The notes beneath the pieces are model-generated. The model was not told the origin of the DNA, ran no database searches, and was given only the letters and a program-made list of their open reading frames with translations. From positions 32,862,001-32,926,000 of the forward strand of contig NC_087436.1 of NCBI RefSeq assembly GCF_036321535.1: a DNA stretch of 64,000 nucleotides, given 5' to 3'. Every line of letters begins with the position of its first letter. Within the stretch, counting starts at the first letter, position 1. Below, piece after piece: positions 53,060-64,000 of this stretch. Made by a program: the position numbers and the translations under genes. The DNA comes from Camelus dromedarius. Taxonomy: Eukaryota.

Positions 53060-53260
53060 ATTCAGCGTAGCAGTTAAGAGCATGTATTCCCATTAGACAG
53101 ATCCAGATTCCAATCTCTTAAAGCCTCAGTTTCTTCATCACTAAAATAGGATAAAAGTAGTATCCACAGCAGTGGTTTTGGTCAGGATTAAATGACATAA
53201 TCCCTGTTAAGCACTTAGTGTATAGTGCCTGGTAGATGGGAAGTACTTAGAAATCATGTC
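53060..53260 (+). mobile_element. MIR SINE
   Basis: AGCCTCAGTTTCTTCATCACTAAAATAGG...AGGATTAAATGAC...AGTGCCTGGTAGATGGGAAGTACTTAG. Confidence 0.75.
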
Positions 53261-55353
53261 ACTTACTTATTTCTTAGATTTTTCTATGATCAAATATACC
53301 TATTTAGCAATAGATTTCATAATTAACTAAAATTATTAGTATTAGTATTAAGTGTAGTTTCCCCTAGAAGTGATTTCTACATTGGGAGCAAGGGTAAGAT
53401 GGGTAAAATTTTACGTGACAATTCTTTTGACTGAAGTTTTCTTTGGGAGATATGTGTATTTTCTCTCGCTCTCTCTTTTTGGTAATAAATCTCCCTTACT
53501 AAAAGGAAGAAGGGAGACAGGAATGAATTTACTGTTTTGGGAGATGAGAGAGGTCAGGGAAGGGGAGAGGGTCCCTGGAAGGAGGGCATGCATATAGGAC
53601 CAGAGCCTGGGTGGGTTTGGGCACTCAGGAACATGCTGGGAGGAACCAGTCATGATGTTCAGAGTGAGCTTATTTGAAGTTTGACTGAAGAATTGGTGTT
53701 AAATTGTTAAGAAGGAGAAGATTGTTCAGAAGCCCAGCAGGGCGGGATCTGACCTGCTATCTTCAATGAGTAGACAGAGTGTGTCATCAGAGGGTGGCTC
53801 AGATTAAGATGATTTTAGATCTTAGCACTGAAAAATCACCAAAATGATTTATGCTTCCTATACTCATTATTTAAAAATTAAAGCAATAGTAAATCATAGA
53901 ACACAAAACGTACATTATTGCTGAAAATGAAATTATTTTTTTCTGAATTTTTTTTTTCCTGGACAAGTTTAATGAAGATGAACATTATTTTTGTGTGCCC
54001 CTTCCTTGCTGGTATCCTGAGCCTGCATGCAGTCTGTCTTTTGGATAGTAGTACAATGCTACTCTCAGTCCTGAAGCCAGAGTTGGGTTATCAGAGACAG
54101 TCAGGCCCATACCACCTAGATGCATGGATACTGATCACTCAGAGATTGCTCTCTTAGTTTGCACTCCCCAAATTGTCATTTCTAGGATCACCTCCCACAT
54201 AAATTACTTGCATTCAAACTCTTTCAGGGTCAGCTTCTGGAAGAATCCAACCTTAGACAATTTATACCATAAGTGGGGTACTAGGAAGCGGACCCTGGGG
54301 TTAGCTCACTCACTTGCCAGTTGAGGGAAAGGCTTCATTGCTGAGGGTGAGGGTGCTGTCATGAACTCTTGATGATCTGTAGTATCACAGTTATTAACAC
54401 TGTCACCTGTGGTAGATGGAGATGAGGTGTAGGTGTAGAGAGGATGCACTGCCCATGCAATTACTCTGTACTTGGAATATATAGAGCGTTATTTTTCAGA
54501 CCTGTGTAGTTGGATGGCTATTGTTAATGGTCATAGAAGTCCTGAAGGAAGAATGCAGCAGGCTCAATTCAACTGAATATTGTCTTCAGAAATGCAAAAG
54601 CTCGTTCTCTGTGATAGCTTTTAAAGAGCCCCACATCTCCAACAGCCAGAGAACAGACTGTGGTAAGAAGCAGGCCCAAGATTTGATTATAAGAATAGGG
54701 AAGTAACGGAGGAAGCTGAATTCATAGCCCTGGCAAAGGCTTGAGAAAGGGACCCTGACAGAGAAGAGAGAGAACCCTGAGATCTGAAATTAGCACGTTT
54801 AGATGACTGGGCTTGAGAAACCGACACCTTAGATTTTCCTCATGCCTCTGGGGCAGATGAACGTTCTCTCTCTCAATCTTTCTCACATTATAAGAGAATA
54901 ATAGGCTCTCACTGGCTAGAAATGACTAACAGAGGATGAAAGGTAGATATTTTTCAAGATGGTGATTGTCCTTCACAAGCAGTGCCCACTGCTCTTCCCA
55001 CGGCCACTCACTGAGTAAATCAATAATAGGAGTCAAGTCTCAGCATGACTTGAGGAGGGAAGAGTTACTCTGCTGTGGGATGAAAGGGATCATTCACCCA
55101 AAACTGCTGAATCTCACCAGTAGGCACCTGCAGGAACTAGGAGAACATACACAGGGCGTGAATCTTGAAGGTGCTAGAGCGAGAACAACAGAATGTAGTG
55201 CTGAGTAGAGGAGGGCTTACTGATACCAGGGAACTCTTCCATAACTCAGGATTTTATGTCCCGGCATAGACACCTGGAACTGGTTTTCATTCTCTTGTGG
55301 AATGGCTCCATGAAGCTTGTAAACAATGATGACTTATAGTAAGCAAGTTAGGA

Positions 55354-55447
55354 ATGTCAGATGTCTTGACAGAGTATTAAGGATGGGACAAGAGGCCCAG
55401 AGAGATGGGCATGTTGCAATAGATGTAGCTCGCAAGGCTAGAGACCC
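55354..55447 (+). repeat. 94-bp direct repeat, copy 1 (in ERV-L gag region; partner 56330-56423)
   Basis: 92/94 identical to 56330-56423. Confidence 0.95.
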
Positions 55448-56063
55448 ATCAGCTAACTGTTCTCTGTGAGGGTTCGTGATTGTTTCATTCACTGAAGTGA
55501 AAAGGAATGTGTTAGTAGCGGCAGGATGGGATACCAGCATCATCAGACCCTCAGTGGAGCTGTCTTCTGTAGACCAGCATTGATGATAAGAGATGCTGCT
55601 ATGGAACTCAGCTAAGTTAGTGAGGATGGCAGAGGCCAGGTGTTGGCACTTAACTGTTAGAAACAAGGTGGACATTAATGCCATGATGAGCCAGCCTCAA
55701 GACTAGGATGGCAACTAGGGGACCTTAACCCTCAGGTATCTGTGGAAATGGCTAACATGCTATACTGTTCCTGGGAGTGTGATACATGGACAGCCATCAA
55801 GGGCATTGCTTGACTTGTATAATAAAACAAACAGACAAACTGTAAGGTTAGCATAGGAATACTGTTAACTACTATAATGGGGAAAATAGTCCCTCAGTTT
55901 TGACCCAGTTTTCAGACCCAGAACCTTTTGGTTGAAGGGGATGCTATGTCCCTTCAAAGAAATATCCTGCAATGTCACAGTAAGAATATAATTAGTTGTG
56001 CCCATATTTTTCCTCAAAGGAATATGACCATTTGCCAAAATAATTGTATACCAGCGAAATGGG

Positions 56064-56815
56064 AGGGCAGAATTAGAGAGAACACAGTTTACAAGATCAC
56101 CCTTACTTTTGGCACCCATTGCCAGTTCTAGGGTTCCCCAAGCCACCTTGGGTTTCAGTAATTTTCTAGATAAGCTCGTAGAGCTCAGTGAAAGCTGTTA
56201 TACTCACAGTTATGGTTTTATTATAGGGAAATAATTGCAGAGTTTTAATATATAGTTAGGTTTATTATAGGGAAAGGACATATTGGAATCAACTAAGGGA
56301 AGAAATGGATAGGGTAGAGTCCAGGAGGGATGTCAGATGTCTTGACAGAGTATTAAGGATGGGACAAGAGGCCCAGAGAGATGGGCATGCTCCAATAGAT
56401 GTAGCTCGCAAGGCTAGAGACCCGTAGAGGTTCCAGGTGTCCTGTCTCCAGATGTTCTGTCTCCATGTCTACAGTCATGGACAGTGTTAACTCCTCCTGG
56501 CAAAGTTGTGGAACAATGTGTTTGGAATATTGTTAACCAGAGAAACTCACCTGAGCCTTGATATGCAGAGTCTGTTTGGGGAATTCCACGGTTAACTGCC
56601 CACATGGCTGACTTCAGTGGCTAGCGCTTCTGGAGGCTGAGCTGATACCAAATGACTCAAAGCCCCCACTGTAGACCACATTTGTCAGGCTGGTATGTCT
56701 AAGGCCCTCAGCAAATAAAGACATGACATTCCAAAGGCTTAGAGATTAGTTCTCAGAAGGCAAAGACAAATGCCAGAAATCTCTTTGGGCAAGATTTTTA
56801 GTACTTTACTGCACA
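56064..56815 (-). mobile_element. MER21-like LTR inserted in the ERV-L gag/pro junction
   Basis: Right end CTCTTTGGGCAAG...TTTACTGCACA is the reverse complement of the MER21 start TGTGTAGTAAAG. Internal AAAGCTGTTATACTCACAGTTATGGTTTTATTATAGGG. ERV-L text resumes co-linearly at 56816. Confidence 0.82.
56330..56423 (+). repeat. 94-bp direct repeat, copy 2 (inside the MER21-like LTR)
   Basis: 92/94 identical to 55354-55447. Confidence 0.95.
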
Positions 56816-57699
56816 GGAATTGTCCACATCTTTTAAGGACTCTTGGATATAGGGCTGGGTTGATACTAATTCCTGAGGACCAAAAATACTCTTGTGGCCC
56901 TTGTTAGAATGAGGACGTAAGAAGGACAGGTGACTAATAGCTTCCTGGCCTAAGTTCATCTGACAGTGGATCAAATAGGTCCAAAGACCAATCTGTGATT
57001 ATTATCAAGATAGATCTACTTATCAGCTGGTAAATCCTTCACATTGGTTCTCTGACCTGGATTTGGAGACCCCAAAGTGACAAATACTCTGAGTGATATG
57101 GTAAGACACATGTGTGTTAAATAGTGGAAGATTAACACTGCAGATATTCAGGGGCTTTCAACATCAGTAAAATTCTTACACATTTTGGTCTTGGGCATAC
57201 TAGGATGTATCTTTGAGCAGTACACCAGGTCATCAGCTTTTTGAGGAGAGAGAAATGGTGTAAGATAAGGATATACATTGACTCCTGGGCAGTGGCCAGT
57301 GGCTTGGCTCATTGCTAAGAGGCCTAGATGGAGCTTGATGGAAGACTAAATACAAGAAAGTATGAGGTATGGACATTCAAACGGAGCTATGGGAGTGGGT
57401 ACAAAATGTGTGGATCTTTGTGTTTTTCATCAGTCTTATCCTTAAGCATCTATCTTAGCATAGGTCAGCCAGACTCTCCTCAGTCAAACTAGTACTTTTT
57501 GCACAATGGACTTGTTACTGAAGTAGTCATAAGGACCAATAATGAGAGATATGCGTGAGGTCCAATAGCATTACACTCCCTCTCACCAAGATTATTCTAG
57601 CTACTGTAGCTGTTGAATGCCTGACCTCTCAGCAGTGTGAATGTTGAACTTTCAATCTTTGCAATATGTACTTCTGTCTCTGTAACTTTAGCCTCTGCT

Positions 57700-57963
57700 G
57701 AATTAGAATTCTGGTACCTGGCTAGGTATGTTTCAACTAAGGGACACAGTAATGATTCCATAAACCTAAAGCTACAGCTGTTGACTGGGAATTTTGGGCT
57801 TGTTATGCTGGTGGATCATCAGTCAAAGAAAAGAGATACTGTACTGGCAGGGGTAATGACTGATTATCACGAGGAGATAGAATTGCTGCTGCATAATCGG
57901 AGAAGAGAGAAGTTTGCCTGGAACTTAGGAGGTTCACTGTGGTACCTCTTGGTGCTTCCATAA
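57700..57963 (+). pseudogene. ERV-L dUTPase remnant (post-integrase position)
   Basis: NLKLQLLTGNFGLVMLVDHQSKKRDTVLAGVMTDYHEEIELLLHN...AWNLGGSLWYLLVLP resembles ERV-L dUTPase (..KLRLPPGHFGLL....KKGVTVLAGVIDPDY..EI.LLLHN..). Confidence 0.82.
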
Positions 57964-58823
57964 CTAGTGATGCTACTGCACAGTCATGGCCTGACTAGGG
58001 CATGGTAACTGGAAACTCACGTCCCTTAGGAATGAAGATCTGGGTAACCTCACTGAGAGGAGAAAATACATGAACAAAAGTTCTAACCAACCTAAGAAAA
58101 TATAGAAGAGTTGTACATTATTTTTATTTTTAGAAATTGTGGCTTGCCGCACTTGAAGAGTTGGGGACAGGAGAGTGGGAAATAAACGAGTGACATGAAT
58201 AGATCTCAGTGGTGCAAGGAGTGGACTATGGCAGATACTTTGTGTCCTGCCTGTATTTTCTCACTGTTTTCATATATTCTGATGGTTTCCTGATGCAAGC
58301 ACTTCCAGCTATCTGCCTGAATCTTTCTTTGGTTAGGAGTGTGATTGGGTCATGCCAGTGGGGTTGGGACTAGAAGTGCTGGGGACTTAACACCCATAAG
58401 ACAGCACTTAACTTATGTCAGATAAGAGTTGGTGTATAAATATCCCACTTCTTTGCCTCTCAGATGGAACAGCTCTGAAGTGGAAAACTGCAGAGGTCCC
58501 CAGCACAACTGAGCTCTAGCTGCTCATTGTTATTAACCTGCTCATCAACACATTCTGTAATAGCGTCTTTGTCTTACTTCAACACAGTCCTGTTGTTTGC
58601 TGGGATCATCTACCGAATAAATTACTTACACTCAAATCCTTATTTACAATACACTTCTATTAATAGTCACTGTAAGAAAACGTGCCTTCATTTTGTGAGT
58701 GATTATTATTTATTATTAAAGGATTGGTGACAGCCATGTATCCCTGTGTCCTGGGTAATGCTGGGTGTCCTATAATAAATGATATAACCATATTTTATGC
58801 ACTTACCAAAATTTTACCTAACT

Positions 58824-59104
58824 CAGGGGTTGTAAACTCAAATGCACCCAGGGAATATAGTCAAGTAAAGAAGAGGAAGTGTGAGTCAAGGGGAAGTAGT
58901 GGGAACTCTGATGAGCTGGAGAGCACATGTCACTTGTTGGCAATCCTTCTCATTTTGTTTTCCTAGGGAAATGATTTTTATGTAATAGTTTTTATGTAAA
59001 ATGTTGTGAATTTCAAGTGTTGGTAACTAATTCCAAATTATAAAAATCTCTGTACTGGTCTTCTGTGGAACTTAGCACAGGAAATTAGCCATTTGCAATC
59101 TCTG
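58824..59104 (+). mobile_element. MER102-like hAT-Charlie MITE
   Basis: TIR-like ends CAGGGGTTGTAAACTCAAATGC... and ...ATTTGCAATCTCTG. Confidence 0.75.
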
Positions 59105-59813
59105 ATTTGACCTAGTCTTCAGAGTTTGGGCAGATTCTCTGACACTATTTTGGTTAGATCCAGCTTTTCCTGTAGTTTTATTTTGAAATTATAAATTAAT
59201 TTATAAATTATAACTTAATTTAACGTAGAAAAGACAATTCATCTTCTTATTTTGTTTAATTCAGGTTGTCAAAGCAAGGGAGCCAAACTGGAAGAAACGA
59301 TCTGTAAGGAAGTCACCTAAGGGCTCACTGTGCATTTTTAGTTTATGTGTTGTATATCCAAGAGAACAGATTGAATCACTGCTACTGATAACCTTGGAAT
59401 ATGGTTTAATAAGGAGTTGATTTAAACCCTGGCTACCAATATGAACTATTGTAGTACTATATAAAATGCAATAATTAGGTATTAAAAACATAGAGTTATT
59501 AATGACTGACTGCCTAAATCCAAAAGGGCAAATCAGAGCAGGTTCTTCCTTATGTTTTTCCAAGTTTAATTGTCAGGTAGGGGTACTGGGGCTTAACAGA
59601 TTCTTCTCCCCTTCCATGAATGAAGGCATATACCAAAAAATGCTGATTTATATTCTTATAACATTTTTCATAAATGGAAGAATTTTGGATCATGTTTATG
59701 GGAATGTCAAGTAAATCTAAGTTTCAAAATCAAAATTGTTGCAGTCACTGGGTAATGCTGCATGTCTCTTCCAGCACGAACTCACACTCTTTTGCCTATT
59801 CCTTGCTGTATAA

Positions 59814-60115
59814 AGTGCTGTTCAATAGAAAAATAATGTGAGCCACTTACATAAACATTTTCTAATAGTCACATTAAAAATACTAAAAATACATAGATGA
59901 AATTAATTTTAATAATGTTTTATTTAACCCGATATGTCAAAAATATTACTTCAACACAGTAAACAGAAACATTGATTATATCCTTTATATTCTTTTTTCA
60001 TACTAAGCCTTTGAAATGTGGTATTTTACATTTAAAACATATCTCAATTTGGACTAGCCTCATTTCAAGTGTTTGATAATCACAGGTTTCCAGGAAATAC
60101 CATATTGATTATCCC
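59814..60115 (+). mobile_element. MER33-like hAT-Charlie MITE
   Basis: AGTGCTGTTCAATAGAAAAATAATGTGAGCCAC...CTCAATTTGGACTAGCCTCATTTCAAGTG. Confidence 0.85.
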
Positions 60116-63100
60116 ACATTTAGTTCTCTATAGAGTCAATCACATTTACCCCAGAGATGATGAAAATTATTTCATTTTCATACCCAGGACATGGCCACTT
60201 CTTGGTGTTTTATGTCAAATGATAATAATTTGCTCCATTCAGTAAAAGTATATCTTAAAATATTGTGAAATCCTCAAATTAACAAATATTTTAATTTTAA
60301 GACTATAAGCAAGTGGATCGATAGGGGATGAGGTGCTCTAAATTTTGCCAAGAGTGGAAGAATTGTGACATCTTTAGAAGAAGGCAAAATAATATCTTCA
60401 TAGGTTTTATTATGAGTAGGTCTCCTTGACTTAGTTTTCCATAAAGCCTTAGGTACCTATCATATAAATTCTCCAACTGTAGTTTTTAGGAGCATAACCA
60501 CCATGGTTTGAGAGGGAGGACTCAACTGGTATATAGTGGGTGCTCAATAAAATGTTACCGAAAGGAACAGAATGAACTTAAAGTTAATCATCCTGGGTGT
60601 TAGCGCTCAATAATTGTTATAGTTAAGCCTTGGGGATTAAAATAAACTCTGTTTTCTAATGATACTGATCTCTTTGGTGATTAAGTTAAAGTGGGTATAA
60701 AACAAATACAATGTAGATTTTATTGCATAAAGACTTGCCACCATTAATCTTGGAAGGAATAGTTAAAATCTCTTGGGAAAGTTAAGTAGTTTTGATAACC
60801 TCTAGTTGTTACCTTCTAACTCAAGGATTGGTATACAGTTTGTATTTCAGTATTACCTCTATTTTATTTTGTTATTATTTCTCTGGAGCTCTTTGCAAGC
60901 AAAGGAAAGCTTTTTTCTTTAGTCCTAGTGTTTAGATTTTAAATTGATGATTGTTGAATGAATGAACAAATAATCATTTTTCTCTTTATTTCTTTTAATC
61001 TTTAGGTCTTTTTCTTTTCTTCCAGTATTGTCTGGGATGACAACAGAGATTGCATCTGAATCTGATTCATGCTGATCTCACTAATGTCAGTTCATTACTA
61101 TTGACTTTTAGCAATACAGTAAGTTTCTAGATCCAAGCCTTTCATGTTCATATAAACATCCTTTCTTTCAGTTTTTTTTTCCCTCAGTTGAACTCTTGCT
61201 CTCTTTATTTAGTACTCTAGATTCCTCTCAAATCTCTTTTATTTTCCTTAATTAAAACATCATGATGAAGCATAATCATCTAATGTATGTGTATATGAAA
61301 CTTCAGACTGGTCCACAGATAAGATTTCAGTTTCATCTCACTTACTTTGAATTCCTCATGTTTAAAATTAAAATTAAAACCCAATATAGCTCATATATAA
61401 CAAAGAAGAAAAATAATCCAAGTTAATAGTCTCAAAATATCCACATCAAATTCAGAGTGGCTAAAGCCTATTAAGTTCAAAGATCTGACTGGCTTAAATT
61501 TTTTTTCTCCTCTTTCTCATACTGTATTACTTAGTGCATTTTGTGTGAAGAAAGTAAATGACACATGGAGTCTACCTCAAATGCAGAACTGAAGGATTTA
61601 TTTTTATTACCCACAGGGCAAGTGTAGTGTGCCTGGGCAGATGTCTAGTACTTTGTTGCTACTTCAGTTACTGTGGGAGATGACCACCACCTTTGAAATA
61701 ATTTTCAGGAAGTTTTCAGATTTGATAATCACAAAACCTGACATTTAGGAAATAGTGTTATAGTCTGAGGGAGTGGAAAGAGCAGAGATAAAGTTAAACA
61801 AGATGTAGATTGTTGCAGCCTCAGTGTCTGGTAGTGTGACCAACTCTCAGTTATCCACGATATTGAGAGCTGGAGCTACATAGATCATTGACATCGCTCA
61901 TAACTCTAAAGCCTCAGTTTAATGAAGAGTTTCTTTATTCTCTTCCACAAGAACTACTAACAAGGAGTGGGATAGACTAGTTTGTGTTTCGGCAGATTTT
62001 CTTTCTCCTGCCCAGCTTTGGGTGGAGTTGCTAATGAATAGCATGTTGTCTAGAAGGCCAGGAGCCAGAGGGAAAATGAGACATCAGTGGCGAGCAGAAT
62101 CCACAATTGGATAATTAACCTCAGAATAATATAGAGAAAACTGTGTGTACATTAGGAAGAGAGAAGCAAATAAACTCCTTTGTGACCCTCGATTTTTAAA
62201 AAAATATCTACTCTCTTGTCAGAATTCTTTCATTTAGAAACATGTTTTCTGTGAGTTTCAATGGGTTGAAAACTAGAAATAGATCTTATGTAGTATCATA
62301 GTTCATTTGAATAGCAGCCTACTTGTTAGAGTTAGCTGCACTTGGGTTTCACACCTTCCTATATTAACAGCCCACATCATGGCTGGTTTGGTTTGGTTTT
62401 GCTACCCCACCATCACCCCAATGGGAGTAAGTGATGCTGTTTACTGTGAAGGGATTCCCTATTGAAAAACAACTGGCACCAGAAAGCCTTTCCTGTGCTT
62501 GTGTAAAGGCAGTTAAACATTGTTTTTGCCTCAGCACAGGGTGAAATTCCAAAATACCACAGTGAGAGAAAGCCATGTTTTGTATTTAAGATAAGGGCAG
62601 TACTGCATAATCTATGTACACTCAAATGAACACTCTCCCCATTTGAACAGCTGCTCCATAATAAATGTAAATGTGCCATTCCTGCAGAATGTATCCATGC
62701 CCAAGCATACCAGTAACATCCCCTTGGAACCTTCTGACATCCACTTCCTTTCTCTTTCTCTTAAACTGGATGAAGAACTCTAGAAACATTCCTGAAGCAG
62801 TATGCAGTTATCTCAGGTCTTTGGCTTACAGCCTGATAGAAGCTAGACCATATCTAAATGAGCTCAGAATTCAACAAGTAAGAGACACAGACATTTATGA
62901 CATGGAAGAGAAAAATCTGAACATTGAAACTAATTCATAGTCATTAAGTGCAAAATCAGTATGTTAGAGACTTGAGTGGAAGGATTATAAAAAGTTTAAA
63001 TAAAGAGCTGATATTTTAGGCTTGTAAGTAAAAACACACACACATTAAAAAAAAAAGCCCATATACCCCATTGCTGATTTTCTTATTAAAAAATAAACCA

Positions 63101-63429
63101 TGATGAAGATCCTCTGATTATGAAAGATGTTTTATTTCTGTGAAATTTTAATAGAATGTAAACTACCTTCAGTAGAAATGCCTGAATATTCCCTATGTTT
63201 CTATTCCATTGACTGTTCCTTGAAAACATAATAACTTCATGAATAATTGGAATAATGGAGAATATATTTATAAATGACCAAACTGAATATGGAAGTAATA
63301 CTTTTCCAAGGCCTCCCCCCCAAAAGGATCATATATAATAACAAAACTTTGAAAAATGGCTTGTTTCACATTATAGATGGTTCTTGACAAAAGCAGAAGT
63401 AGATGATTTTTGAATGGTCACACTGTACT

Positions 63430-63960
63430 TCTTTGACTACTCTATTATCTATTGCATTATAGACAGTGTAGAAATTTATTTGAAGTGAATGAATTATATA
63501 GGATGGAAAATATGAAGTAGGAGTGAAAACTATAGAGTGTTCCTTCAGTAATTTTTTTGTGAAGTTTTTTGAGGATGAAATAACCAGAGATCTTTTTAAG
63601 TTGGGAAGAACTTGCCTTTTTTTTTTTTTTTTTTTAAATTTAGGAAAGTAGCTGGCACTAAAGGATAGATTGAGGATAGTGGAAGTGGAAGAGATGGTGT
63701 TAAGGAGGACAAAGAGAATGTGGTAGGAAATGAAATTCAAGGTGAAGGAAGGAGAGAAGTAAGGATGAACAAATGACGCAGTAAAGACAGTTAAAGCTTA
63801 GAAGAAGGGAATTTGCATTGGAGGAACTTGATGAGATAGAAAACATCACCTGAGAAAGTGAGCAAGGCCAGACGTGGGGTAAGGGAATTAGGATGGTAGT
63901 GAAAGTTTAGAACTTCCACTTATTATAGAAATGGGAAAGTGACCTAGCCAGAGGAAAATA
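63430..63960 (-). mobile_element. Old LINE-2 fragment
   Basis: Purine-rich decayed antisense L2-like text (TGAAGTGAATGA...GAAGTAGGAG). Confidence 0.5.
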
Positions 63961-64000
63961 CAAAAATTTAATAATGTCAACTCAGGGCTTCTACAGCTTG

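Larger units (their letters stand above)
54150..58645 (+). mobile_element. Decayed ERV-L (ERV3-16A3/LTR16-like) provirus
   Basis: LTR 3' end ATAAATTACTTGCATTCAAAC...AACCTTAGACA (54259); PBS-like TATACCATAAGTGG; protease GLLDIG 56837-56854; RNase H IYIDSWAVASGLA 57271-57309; dUTPase-like ORF; PPT-like GCAAGGAGTGGAC; 3' LTR from 58227 with a matching ATAAATTACTTACACTCAAATCC. Confidence 0.85.

Noticed and set aside
59189..59206. 18-bp perfect palindrome TTATAAATTAATTTATAA
   Set aside because: A/T-only low-complexity sequence; plausible by chance or slippage.
62671..62940. 89-aa ORF with internal GTAAGA donor
   Set aside because: No recognisable homology and ambiguous acceptor; not supportable as an exon.
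1..64000. CRISPR arrays, operons, rRNA or other prokaryotic systems
   Set aside because: The sequence is mammalian repeat-rich DNA; there are no regularly spaced repeat-spacer arrays or long gene-dense ORFs.

Overview
AT-rich mammalian genomic DNA, most likely camelid (a tRNA-derived SINE of the camelid Vic-1 type lies at ~31.1 kb). I recognise no host protein-coding exon. The ORF track is almost entirely chance ORFs or retroelement fossils. The window is a layered transposon graveyard: L1 fragments (mostly on the - strand), L2, MIR, MaLR/MLT1 and MLT2 solo LTRs, hAT-Charlie MITEs and two decayed two-LTR proviruses. (1) An ERV1/gamma-epsilon-like provirus (22030-27514) has a perfect 4-bp TSD, sits inside an L2, carries a Tigger1-derived MITE in gag, has lost its RT domain in frame and has no env. 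(2) An ERV-L/ERV3-16A3-like provirus (~54.15-58.65 kb) retains a recognisable dUTPase fossil and carries a nested MER21-like LTR. The most unusual non-annotated structures are two near-perfect short local copies, 67 bp (48624->49879) and 94 bp (55354->56330), each pasted ~1-1.25 kb from its source. The first is wrapped in a cluster of hairpins and an inverted repeat, and both resemble templated-insertion repair scars. Several splice-site-bounded candidate exons on + are reported at low confidence. Repeat family names come from my recall of consensus sequences, not from a search, and boundaries of old repeats are approximate.
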